Shown: in pieces, positions 1 through 10,720 of the stretch
Numbering within the stretch: the first letter of the stretch is position 1
Layout of the letters: the number at the start of each line of letters is the position of its first letter
Source: Rhynchopus sp. YZ270_cl-10
Lineage: Eukaryota
Direction: 5' to 3'
DNA length: 64,000 nt
NCBI GenBank assembly: GCA_964035575.1
Contig: OZ037844.1
Location: forward strand, 1,612,001 to 1,676,000
Program-made: the position numbers and the translations under genes
The notes under the pieces: model-generated
Told to the model about the DNA's origin: nothing
What the model saw: only the letters and a program-made list of their open reading frames with translations
The model's database searches: none

Positions 1-3000
1 TTGAGTGTACGGGGGAGTGGCCGCCTTCTTTGATGAGAGCACTCATTGCGCTCATCCCCAAAGGGGAAGACGACACCCCGCTGAAGCAGCGACCTATCAC
101 GATCACTTCGTGTATCTACAGACTGTGGGCGGCAGCGAGGTTGCGAAGACTGATAAAGTGGCAGGAAAGCTGGATTGGTGAGCAACAGCACGGCTTCAGA
201 GCAGGACACAGCACTGCACACCTGTACTGGCACTTGTCGCTCAAGCTGGAGAAGGCGGTGCTGTCGGGTGACGACACAGACCAGGTATGGGGCTTCACGA
301 TTGACTACGCCAAATGTTTCGATCGTGTGCCTCATGAGATTGTGCTATCGCTGGCGGAGGAGTGGGGCGCGCACTGGCGTATTCTTGGACCACTGAGGGC
401 GGCGTACACTGCCATGGAACGCCGTTTCAAGTTGGGAGACGTAGGTGTGGGAGGCGCTTTCCGTACGACAAATGGTATCCTGCAAGGTTGCCCACTTTCT
501 GTCGTGCTGTTGAACGCGCTGATGGCAGTGTGGGGATCTGCAGTGACGAGAAGGACGGGAGCAATCGCCATGGGGTACGCTGACGACGTGTATGCTGTGG
601 CGAACACGGAAGCGGAGGTGCATGGTGCTGCGAGGGTGACGAAGGAGTTTATCACTGCTGCGGACATGGAGGTCAAGGCAGAGAAGTGCGTAGGGTTTAC
701 CTCGAAGGAGGGAACAAAGACGAAGTTTGGACTTGGCGACGGGTTCTTCCCCGACAAGAAGCAGTTCGGGGCGGTTGGAGCAGACATTTTGGCTGGAAAG
801 GGGAACTTCGGGCCCATCGCGCGTGAGCGTGCGGTTACTGCGCACCGTGTGTTTACGAGGGTTTCGAGTGTGCCATTATCCTTCACTGAGAAGGCACTTA
901 TTGGCGCAAGGGGACCAATGATGGCAGCGTTGCATGGGTGTGAAGTGACAGATTTCTCGAAGCAGACCATCGAGACGTTGAGGCAAGGGGCTGCACTAGC
1001 AGTCTGGGGGCAGGGCAGGAAGCAGCGCACGCTGAACATTGTGTGGCATGTGTTGTCTCCGGTCGGGATTGATGCGCCAGCGGAGATTGTACAGAGGAGG
1101 ATGGCGGCCTTTCTCCGACTGACAGAAGATGACGGCATGCGAAGAGAAGCAGAAGAAGTGTGGAGGCTGGCACATGACCGAAGAGCGGAGCGGGAGGTGA
1201 GGCGGCGTGACAGGGCTTCAGATCTGGCACGTCTCCGGCGTGAGAACCCTGGGGTTGCCAACCCAAGGGTAACTGAAATGCACAAGAAGGGTGTGATAGA
1301 GTTGTTGTGGGACGACCTGGAGCGATACGGATGGCGGTGGAGCAGCTTCGACTTCTGGACCACACACATCGGGTTGAGGGTGCACGTTCGTCTGTGGGAC
1401 AAGGGCAAATGGCTGCATGAGCTGAGAGAGGGCATCCGTGCACACGCGTACCGCCTGACAGTGACGACGAGGCCGTCGATGCAGGGCATTGAGGGAGGTG
1501 TGGATCGCCAGGCGACGAACGCAGTGTGGAAGGACCGCACGACCGACAGATACCTGGCGGGCGCGATACGCGGAGCCTTGTCGGGCTCTCAGTTGGTGGG
1601 GGTGCAGCTGCTGAGGAACAAGGAGGTGGAGACTTCGTTGTGCCGATACTGTGGTGAGGCGATAGAGGACCGGAGACACGCTTGGTGGTGGTGCCCGCAG
1701 TGGGACGAAATTCGTGGAGAGGACATCGGAAAACTCCGGGTTTTGCTCAAAGACGCACCCCCGTGCTTCTTGGACTTTGGCCTGGTGCCGACGATATTCT
1801 TGCAGGAGCTGAGTGTTGCGGAGAGAGAGCAGACGGTGCGTCGTGTGCAACTGATGCTGGTCAGCATCGCGCTGGCAAGGCAGAAGTACGACGTGGAACA
1901 TGGGTTTTCGCAGAAGAAGAAGAAGCAAGCGGTGGTGGGCCAATCCCTTTTTCCTTGGGGCTGGAATCCTCAGGAGGGTGCAGTGCTTGAGAGCTACAAC
2001 CCGCTGGAGAACGTACTGTGGGGGAGCAAGTACATGAAGAAGAGTCCACGCTGGACGGAAGACCACTTCTGGGCGCTGAAGGCATGGCTCGCTGCATTGC
2101 GTTGGCCTGATGGCACAACGCCCCCCATCACGCAGCTCGAGCTCATGCTGGACTTTGAGATCTTCTCGGGGTTGGACGTACCGGGTGAGACGGTGTTGAA
2201 GAGGGCCGAATCTTTTGGTGCCATGATGCGGACGGCGAAAACTATGGCGCATGGAAGGGACGTATGGAAAGGAGTGGAGAAGAGGGAGGTGCACCACTTA
2301 CAGGAACTGGGTGCGGGGATCATGACGGGGTATTCTGTGCGACCTGTGCTGACGCATGCGGCGGGGGTTGAAGGATACCTGAAGGAGTTGCAGGAGAAGG
2401 CGACGTCGCGGAGAGCACTCTCCCGACAAAAGGAAAAGACGAAGGCGAGGTGGGGTGACGACGCGGATGTGGCTCATACTTCCACTCCGGAAGAACGCTC
2501 AGCAAAGAACGAACGCTGGAAGGAAGCGAAGGAAGAGCAGAAGCAGGCAGAGGAGGTGCGTAAGAGAGCTGCGATAGCTGCAGTTGCGGCAGAGCAGATT
2601 CGACGACAGGAGGCACGCAGGCGGCAGACACCGGCTGTGCGTGTGGACGTAAGGAGGAAGGTGGGGGCCATGCGGGTGTGTGACATACACACCAAGATGC
2701 GATGCGGGGACTGCGAGCACAACAACATCTCCATCACGGCGTGTTGTGCGACGCACCATTGTGATGAGCTTATTTTGGGTGACTGTGTGGAGGCGCGTGA
2801 GGCGTGTGAGGTGCATAACTTCTCGATGTGCGGACAGTGTGCGGGTGCGGGGAACGTGTCGATGAAGCAGTGCTGTCAGAAGCACCACAACTGTGTGGCC
2901 CACGGGAGGGGTGCTTGCGGTGCATGTGTGCAGGCGGGACGGAAGAGGAAGAAGGACGGATTGCCGATGCTGGCGTCTCCTCAGGCCTGTTGCGGGAAAG

Positions 3001-3126
3001 GGCACCACGACACGTCCCAGGGGCGTCTCGGGTTTGCCCCGCGATAACGAAGGTGGTCACGTGGCGCCTTTCTCACCTCTCAGTTCATCTGAGAAGGTGG
3101 GGATGGGTCACGTCAACAAGTTTAAG
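1..3126 (+). mobile_element. Non-LTR (LINE-type) retrotransposon, 5' part outside the window, inserted in an LRR gene
   Basis: RT-encoding ORF to 3047, then a 79-nt 3' UTR ending ...GTCAACAAGTTTAAG at 3126, directly followed by LRR coding sequence. The 3' end is defined by identity with the second copy at 10721-11751. Confidence 0.93.
3..3047 (+). CDS. Retrotransposon ORF (partial): reverse transcriptase, CCHC zinc finger, charged helical region, C-terminal Cys/His repeats
   Basis: Non-LTR RT motifs LIPK, QRPIT, QHGFR, IDYAKCFDRV, GILQGCPLS, YADD; CRYC-x8-H-x4-C finger. The frame is open from base 3 (ECTGEWPPSLMR...), so the true start lies upstream. Confidence 0.93.
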   Translation, partial: ECTGEWPPSLMRALIALIPKGEDDTPLKQRPITITSCIYRLWAAARLRRLIKWQESWIGEQQHGFRAGHSTAHLYWHLSLKLEKAVLSGDDTDQVWGFTIDYAKCFDRVPHEIVLSLAEEWGAHWRILGPLRAAYTAMERRFKLGDVGVGGAFRTTNGILQGCPLSVVLLNALMAVWGSAVTRRTGAIAMGYADDVYAVANTEAEVHGAARVTKEFITAADMEVKAEKCVGFTSKEGTKTKFGLGDGFFPDKKQFGAVGADILAGKGNFGPIARERAVTAHRVFTRVSSVPLSFTEKALIGARGPMMAALHGCEVTDFSKQTIETLRQGAALAVWGQGRKQRTLNIVWHVLSPVGIDAPAEIVQRRMAAFLRLTEDDGMRREAEEVWRLAHDRRAEREVRRRDRASDLARLRRENPGVANPRVTEMHKKGVIELLWDDLERYGWRWSSFDFWTTHIGLRVHVRLWDKGKWLHELREGIRAHAYRLTVTTRPSMQGIEGGVDRQATNAVWKDRTTDRYLAGAIRGALSGSQLVGVQLLRNKEVETSLCRYCGEAIEDRRHAWWWCPQWDEIRGEDIGKLRVLLKDAPPCFLDFGLVPTIFLQELSVAEREQTVRRVQLMLVSIALARQKYDVEHGFSQKKKKQAVVGQSLFPWGWNPQEGAVLESYNPLENVLWGSKYMKKSPRWTEDHFWALKAWLAALRWPDGTTPPITQLELMLDFEIFSGLDVPGETVLKRAESFGAMMRTAKTMAHGRDVWKGVEKREVHHLQELGAGIMTGYSVRPVLTHAAGVEGYLKELQEKATSRRALSRQKEKTKARWGDDADVAHTSTPEERSAKNERWKEAKEEQKQAEEVRKRAAIAAVAAEQIRRQEARRRQTPAVRVDVRRKVGAMRVCDIHTKMRCGDCEHNNISITACCATHHCDELILGDCVEAREACEVHNFSMCGQCAGAGNVSMKQCCQKHHNCVAHGRGACGACVQAGRKRKKDGLPMLASPQACCGKGHHDTSQGRLGFAPR

Positions 3127-4856
3127 CTTTAACCACCCTGGATCTGACACCAGTCAACAACGTTACGCAGATTGAGAGTTGCTTTCTTTACGGCTGCAAA
3201 GCTTTAACCACCCTGAATCTGACACCACTCAACAACGTGACATCGATTGGCAGTCACTTTCTTTACGGCTGCACTTTAACCACCGTGGATCTGACGCCAC
3301 TCAACAACGTCACTTCGATTGGCGGTAGCTTTCTTTTCTGCTGCAAAGATTTAACAACCCTGGATCTGACACCACTCAACAACGTTACGCAGATTGAGAG
3401 TTGCTTTCTTTATGGCTGCAAAGGTTTAACCACCCTGGATCTGACACCACTCAACAACGTCACGAAGATTGAGGATGGCTTTCTTTACGACTGCGAAGCT
3501 TTAACGACCCTGGATCTGACACCGCTCAACAACGTGACGTCGATTGGCTGCGACTTTCTTCAGGGCTGCAAAGGTTTAACCACCCTGGATCTGACACCAC
3601 TCAACAACGTCACGAAGATTGAGGATGGCTTTCTTTACGACTGCGAAGCTTTAACGACCCTGGATCTGACACCGCTCAACAACGTGACGTCGATTGGCTG
3701 CGACTTTCTTCAGGGCTGCAAAGGTTTAACCACCCTGGATCTGACACCGCTCAACAAAGTGACGTCGATTCGCAGGAGCTTTCTTTCCGGCTGCGAAGCT
3801 TTAACCACCCTGGATCTGACACCGCTCAACAACTTCACGAAGATTGAGGGTTTGTTTCTTTACCGCTGCCACTCTTTAACCACCCTGGATCTGACACCAC
3901 TCAACAACGTCACGTCGATTGGTGGTAGCTTTCTTTACTGCTGCAACTCTTTAACCACCCTGGATCTGACACCGCTCAACAAGGTCACGTGGATTGGTGG
4001 TGGTGGCTTTCTTGCCGGCTGCAAATCTTTAACAACCCTGGATCTGACACCACTCAACAACGTGACATCGATTGGCAGCAACTTTCTTCACGGCTGCACT
4101 TTAACCACCCTGGATCTGACACCACTCAGCAACGTCACGAAGATTGAGGATTGCTTTCTTTACGGCTGCAAAGCTTTAACCACCCTGGATCTGACACCGC
4201 TCAACAACGTGACGTCGATTGGTAATGCCTTTCTTCACAGCTGCGAAGCTTTATCCACCCTGGATCTGACACCACTCAACAACGTGACGTCGATTGCCGG
4301 TACCTTTCTTTCCCACTGCAAATCTTTAACCACCCTGGATCTGACACCACTCAACAACGTCACGTCGATTGGCAGCGACTTTCTTTCCGGCTGCAAAGGT
4401 TTAACCACCGTGGATCTGACACCACTCAATAAGGTGACGTCGATTGGCAATCAGTTTCTTTCCCGCTGCGAAGTTTTATCCACCCTGGATCTGACACCGC
4501 TCAACAACGTGACGTCGATTGGTGATAGCTTTCTTTGCGGCTGCAAAGATTTAACTACCCTGGATCTGACACCACTCAATAAGGTGACGTCGATTGGCAG
4601 TTACTTTCTCTACGGCTCCGAATCTTTAACCGCCCTGGATCTGACACCATTCAACAGGGTTGAGAAGGTAGGTTCGGAATTTGCTGCTCGCTGCACTTCG
4701 TTGACGAGTATTTACCTTTCCGGCTGCAGCAGTGCTGTAGCCGACAGAGTAAGGAATAGCAATGCACTGAACCAGCGTGTGGTTGAAGAACGTCCGAAAC
4801 GCAGCAGAGACGAATCCCCCGAGCAAGCCCGCAAACGACAGAGACACGCACAATGA
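3127..4856 (+). pseudogene. 3' part of LRR gene 1 (about 21 BspA/LRR_5-like 25-aa repeats, C-terminal basic NLS-like tail), cut off by the retrotransposon
   Basis: Frame open from 3129 to the stop at 4856 with consensus LTTLDLTPLNNVTSIGxxFLxxCxx; ends RPKRSRDESPEQARKRQRHAQ. No ATG start of its own; in-frame stops lie in the element's 3' UTR. Confidence 0.85.
3421..3720 (+). repeat. Exact 150-bp tandem duplication of two LRR units
   Basis: 3421-3570 is identical to 3571-3720. Confidence 0.92.
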
Positions 4857-4989
4857 TGACGTGGTGGTGGGAGGGGATAAAGGGAAGGTCGGGAAGAAGG
4901 TTACGAAGGGAGGTGGGGAAGGGCCGGTAGGTAATGCCTACTCTACGCGCCTCCACAAACTTTTCAAAAAAAAAAAAGATACTAAAACA

Positions 4990-5874
4990 CAGGGAAGTTC
5001 CTAAGTGGGACCGAGAACATGAAATTCTGGATTTTAGTTTTTTTTTCCTTTTTTTTTTTCCTTTTTTCCTTGGGGGGCTTTCTTGTGGTTTCTAGTGGGT
5101 TTCACTGTAGGTGACACACCACCAGTGTGGTGAAATGGTCGAAACTCTCAAAAGCAAGAGTTTTCAGGGGGCAAGAAAAAAAAAATTGACACCAAAATCC
5201 TGCACCATCCAGGGCTGTATCCCCAATTTTTTTTGCCTGCGGCGCCATTTTTCATTTTTTGCTCTGCAAAAAAGGGTTCGTTGGAAGCTAGATTTTTACA
5301 CCGTACCCAAAAATTTTTGCCTGCGGCGCCATTTATATTATTTTTTGCTCCGCAAAAAGAGAAGTGCAACGCCTCACCGTTCATCGGCGGAAGCACTGGT
5401 TCCACGGGTTATCGAACCCCAGAGAGCACTTCATTGGCATGCACGCGGTTACCGCGAGGGAGCGTGTATGCAGGTACAAAATCACTGCCCCATCCAAATA
5501 ATATTCCCAACGTCTTTGGGGGTCCCCTTGCATTTTGCAGCCAAAAATGCAACTAGACCAAAGCTGCAAAAAGTTCCGCGCGAGTGTAGCGCGCCCGGGT
5601 TTGGGACCCCTTTTTGAATTTCGAAGGGCGGTTAAAGTGGGCCCAGAATCACAGTTCTGACACTCATTTAGCATTGTGAGCAACTCACTAGTGGTCGTAA
5701 CCAAAATTTGTATCAATCAAGAACTTGTCCATTTTCTCGAAATGACCCCACTACAGTGAGGGTAGAGCTCGGAAAGCCCGAAAAAGGGCAAAAAACCCCA
5801 CCCAAAAAAAGGAAAAAAACGGGAACATAAATCCAGAATTTTGCTGTTTTTTCCGAGAACAAGGAACAACCCTG
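4990..5874. mobile_element. hAT-like non-autonomous element
   Basis: Termini CAGGGAAGTTCCT / AGGAACAACCCTG; 8-bp TSD CTAAAACA (4982-4989, 5875-5882); absent from the paralogous site at about 12490. Confidence 0.85.
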
Positions 5875-5884
5875 CTAAAACATA

Positions 5885-6407
5885 AACCCCCCTCCCAACT
5901 ATTGTTTACATACAGGTATTGTTTACATATAATTATTCGCAGCTATTATTTACATCCAATTACTATTTACATTCGAATTATTTATTTACACCCCCTTTTT
6001 TTTGCCGGTTTTTGGTGACGGGGTGCGGATTCGTGACCAAAAACACAATTTTTTGGAATTTCCGGAATCTGTCCAGAAAATGGTGGGGTCGATGTTGAAA
6101 ATTGGACAATTTTTTGACCACTTAAATTTTGGAAAATATGAGCCCGGTCACTAGGTGGGGCCCATTTTCGGCCAAAAATTTTCACAAAATCCGAGTTTGT
6201 AAAATTGACCCTACACCCACATCAATTTCAATACTATACCTCACTTCACCTTCGGTTACCCTACAGGGGAGGTGTGGAAAATGTAAACAATACATGAGTG
6301 ACAATTATTTACATGTACTATTTACATTTAAATTATTTACATGTACTATTTACATGCACGAATACTATTTACATAAAAATATGTAAACAATAGCTGTGAG
6401 GGGGGTT
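5885..6407. mobile_element. MITE with TA target duplication
   Basis: 27-bp TIR AACCCCCCTCCCAACTATTGTTTACAT with 2 mismatches, TA on both sides, subterminal TATTTACAT repeats; empty site ACTAAAACA-TA-GGCTTGG in the paralog at about 12495. Confidence 0.85.
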
Positions 6408-7026
6408 TAGGCTTGGAATCCCGCTATGCTATGACAATCCCTGAGCCACATAGGCGTGCCACTGTGGCTAGTCACTGCCCACCTGGTAAATTGCCAGCGC
6501 CCTTGTACCAAAGCAAACGATGATAAGGGCTGTTCTGAACCTGGACAACAGACAGATTTCTGTTGTAAAAGTTGTATTGTTAACCCATCGGAGGGAATGT
6601 GCGTTGCGTTTAGACGAAATCAGTGTCTTTTTTGGGGGGGTTGGGGGCCCGGGTTAGGGGTTTTACCAGCTGGGTTTTGGGGTGTTTCCTCGGCGATGGG
6701 TGGTTGGGTCGGGGAGCCGGGGGGGTTCACTGGGGCTATTGGGGCGAAAAAATGTCACGTTGTTCAGTCACCCAACCGTGCTCTGAAGATTCATTCATTA
6801 AAGAGGGAGAAGTATTTGTGTAAGCAAAGACCAGAAGTGTCACTTCCTTGCTTCCTTCCACGGGAATTCAGAAAAATACAAAATACAGGGATTTGGGGCT
6901 TTTGTTTAAGTAAGAGAAAACCGAATGGAGTGGGAACGCAACGAGCATTTTTCATAATGTTTTATTCTTCCCCCACAAAATATCACGCACAGAGAGAAAC
7001 ACTCGTTTTTTCACACAGCGCATCCG

Positions 7027-8123
7027 CAGTGCTCTCAAGATCCTCCACGTAGGGGAGGATATTTCCTCCAGGGGCTTTTTTTTTTTTTTTTCAGGCTTTT
7101 TTGGTGGAGGATTTCCTCCATTTTTTTTTTTTTTTTGGCGGGCTCGGGTGGAGGATTATCCTCCTAGGGGTTTTATAGTGGGGGGTCACTTTGTCTCCCC
7201 CGAGGGAGCCAATATTTTCCCGAGCCTGTATGCACCGTCCAGGGCTGCACCTTAAAAAATTTTTGCCTGCGGCGCCATTTTCATTTTTTGCTACTCAAAA
7301 AAAGGGTTCGTTGAGTGATTTTGTGGTGTAAAAGGAAGTATTCTTACACCGTACCCTAATTTTTTTTCGCCTGCGGCGCCATTTATATTAATTTTTTTGC
7401 TCCGCAAAAAAATAGAGTTGACAATGTCTTTGGATACCCTTGCATTTTGCATCCAAAAAATACAACTTGACCAAAGCTGCAATTTTTTTGCCGTTTTTTA
7501 AAAATTACCCGCCGTTGCATCAGCCCCTGCTTCTGGAAGACGTATTGGTTTTGTACGGTTCGTGGAGCGTCGGTGCAAGAGAAAGGATTAGATTTCCGTT
7601 TTTTATTATCTCGCAAAATTGACCCGCCTCTCCGCTCTGTGGCTGTCAGGGAGGCGCGCGCGAAGCGCGCGACGACCGCTTGTTGCGGGGGGAAAAATTT
7701 TTTTTTGGGGATTTTTTCAGTGTATTTTTTGGGCCGGTTGGGGGGGGTCAGTGACCCCCCCCAAATTTTCTCCGGAAATTTGGGCCGGTGGGGGGGTCAG
7801 TTTTTTCAGATGGGTTTGAGGTGTTTCCTCGGCGTGGTGTAAAAAGCTATACATTTACACCGTACCCAAAAAATTTTTCGCCTGCGGCGCCATGTATAAT
7901 ATTATTGTTTTTTTTTGCTCCGCAAAAAAAAATATACAGTTCACTATGTGCCCAATGTCTTCCCTGGTCGTGCTAAAAAAAAAAAATTGGGCAAAAAAAC
8001 AAACTGACCCCCCCCAAACTTAAAATCTGGATTCCTGGATAAGACACTGGATTTTTTTGCAAAAATAAAATCCTCCTCATTTCGAAAATTCTGCTTTTTT
8101 CGTGGAGGATCTTGAGAGCCCTG
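7027..8123. mobile_element. hAT-like non-autonomous element with internal repeat fragments
   Basis: 23-bp TIR CAGTGCTCTCAAGATCCTCCACG (1 mismatch), 8-bp TSD CGCATCCG (7019-7026, 8124-8131); empty site in the paralog at about 13140. Confidence 0.88.
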
Positions 8124-9475
8124 CGCATCCGTTGTTTGTTTTTTTTCAACGACACGTTTTTTCACAATTCCCCGGTATCACATATGGTACTGTCTTTCCA
8201 TGGATACACATGAAAAGGAGTTCTGTGCTATTCACAGACCTCGATAGGCGATTGAGCTTATCTAACAACAACCAAAACAAAGAAAGTACAAAGAAGAGAA
8301 TCAAAAATGCAGGAAAAATAGACAAAGAGAAAAACAAAGAGATTTTTGACAATAAAATTCTCCTTTTTTGGTGTTACCGTGCACCTGTCGAGGACATGTC
8401 AAGGACATGTCAAGGACATGTCAAGGGCCTGTCAATATAGGGGGGGTGTGTCTTTTATAATTTGGTTTACAGTGGGTTTTTTTCCCACTGTACGGGCTGT
8501 ACTGTGTACTGTGTACTTCAGATAGTTTTTGGACACACATGTGACCCCACTGTGGAGAGCAATCGGCTCGCGCAATCAAAAGAAAGCAGAGAAAAGGGGA
8601 AAGAAAAAAGCCGAGTCACTTACTTCGCACAAGGATTTGCTCCCTTGTGTTCCAATTATACCCGTTTCGCAACGAACCAAAAAAAAAAGCCCGCCCCCGG
8701 TTTCATGAAGTGCGCAATATGGGGTTTTCAGGAGGAGCACCAAAAATATTATTGTTGTCTTTTATCCACGCATCTCTGTGGATGTCTCACCTTTTGTGTT
8801 CCGGCCGGAATCTGACCTCATGACCCTGTGTCTGCAAAGATGCTGTTCATTTGATTGATGAGAGGAAGCGGAGGGTGGAGAGGGTGGAGAGGTTGGAGGG
8901 CATATCAGATGCAGACCTCGCATTGGGGTGCATACACAGCACAGTCCTTGCGGCAATATTCGTTTCGTCTCCCTCAGGTCTCCCAGATCAGCGGCGCAGG
9001 GATTAGCTCCACGTAGCCTCACCCACGGGGAAGAGGACCCCAGCCAGAACACTGTAAGAACTGCAGCACAACGCCAATCACGATGTTTTCGAGCATTTGT
9101 TCAGGGTTGAAACCACTGCTAAATGGGGTATTTCTTGTCCTCCACACCACCACCACACACAGAGCTCAGAACACAAAACCACAACAAACGAATGGACGTG
9201 CACTTCGAGGATTTCAAAGCGACTCAGCACACAGTCGAGGTGGGTGAAGATGACACGGCGGAGGACTTGCGGCGGAAGGTGGCGCGTCTGCAGTGGGGTT
9301 GCCTGCAGACAGCTTTTGCATGAGTTTCGGAGTCGAAGCGATGGGCGAAGGATACGACATGACTCAGCTAAGTGCTGGTGACACAATCGTGCTGAAGAAG
9401 TCGATGAAGTACGAAGCCCTTGCAGCGCTTCATGCGTTGGGTGAGACAGACCTGACGGCCGAGAGGTTGAAGAAG

Positions 9476-10078
9476 CCCGACGGCGGACCGCCCCCCATAG
9501 CACATTTTTGCGGTGCACGGGCGTCCGGGATTAGTATCTTTTTTTGAGAGAACCCAAGAGCGGCCAGGTCCTCGACAAGTACGTTGTGCTTTTAGACCTA
9601 CAAACTGTCTGGGGTGGTGGGACCTCGGGGCGAAGGGTGCTTCCCGGGACCCCAATATCCTACCACAAGGAGCTCGAGTCGTGCATGGAAAGCAGGGTAC
9701 TCTGAGCCGATTACTTCCACAACTCCCAGATCCCAAGACCTCCACGGGGGGCAGGCCTCCACGGAAACCCGCGACCGCCGACACCTTAGCTCCGTACTGC
9801 CTCTGTCTGTAACCTGCCGGTCCCCCACCTACCTACGCTTTTTGTGGTGTCTTTTTACGACGGTGGACCAAGGGGCTTTGCAGTGCAGTCAACGCCGACG
9901 GAGCGAGACTCGATTGTGACCGGGTGAAAAGGGAACCTTAGCCAGCGCTAACCAGCGGCAGTTTTGACTCAGGGAGGAGTTTCTCACCGCAGACTGGCGA
10001 CACACCCCCCACTTTTTCGGGGTGGCTGCATTCCTCTTCGGAACGGGGTGTTCCATCCTATTTTTAAAAACGTTTATT
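9476..10078 (+). mobile_element. 603-bp non-coding insertion (SINE-like retroposon)
   Basis: Flanked by a perfect 19-bp TSD GGCCGAGAGGTTGAAGAAG (9457-9475, 10079-10097); no TIRs; AT-rich right end. Orientation is inferred. Confidence 0.8.
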
Positions 10079-10720
10079 GGCCGAGAGGTTGAAGAAGGTG
10101 ACGAATCCTGAGGTGGCGTGTTTGTTTCTGCAGGCGGGGGTTGCGACTGTCATTCCTGATGGGTTCTTGACGAAGGCATCCTTAACGCGACTTGATCTGA
10201 GTGCTGTGTCCTTTGTGACACAGATTGGAGACAAGTTTCTTTCGGAATGCACCTCGTTAGCACGTATTGACCTCTCTGGGTTGAGCAATGTGACGCGGAT
10301 TGGCAGTCACTTTCTTTACGGCTGCAGAGCTTTAGCAACCCTGGATCTGACACCACTCAACAACGTGACGTCGATTGGTCGTAACTTTCTTTTCTGCTGC
10401 AAATCTTTAACAACCCTGAATCTGACACCACTCAACAACGTCACGAAGATTGAGAATGGCTTTCTTTACGCCTGCGAAGCTTTAACCACCCTGAATCTGA
10501 CACCGCTCAACAAGGTTACGTCGATTGGTGATGCCTTTCTTCACAGCTGCGAAGCTTTAACCACCCTGGATCTGACACTGCTCAACAACGTGACGTCGAT
10601 TGGCAGTAGCTTCCTTCACGGCTGCGAAGCTTTAACCACCCTGGATCTGACACTGCTCAACAACTTCACGAAAATTGAGGGTTTGTTTCTTTACGGCTGC
10701 AACTCTTTAACCACCCTGGA

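Noticed and set aside
3045..3129. Read-through fusion of the RT ORF to LRR gene 1 (same frame)
   Set aside because: Three in-frame stops (TAA at 3045, a TGA in the UTR, TAA at 3123) separate them.
3129..4630. CRISPR-like array (constant block alternating with variable block)
   Set aside because: The units form one open LRR reading frame, the variable parts are homologous to each other, and there are no cas genes.
1..4856. Canonical diversity-generating retroelement, retron or group II intron
   Set aside because: The RT has non-LTR motifs and a CCHC finger, the second copy shows 5' truncation with a TSD, and no template/variable repeat pair differing only at adenines is visible.
6410..6560. 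Possible snoRNA or other structured RNA, conserved at 12498-12650
   Set aside because: Conservation is explained by the recent segmental duplication; box motifs are incomplete.
5111..8815. Short intergenic ORFs here and across 22.8-29.5, 37-43 and 52-64 kb
   Set aside because: Low-complexity Phe/Lys-rich translations of A/T runs within MITEs, with no recognisable domains.
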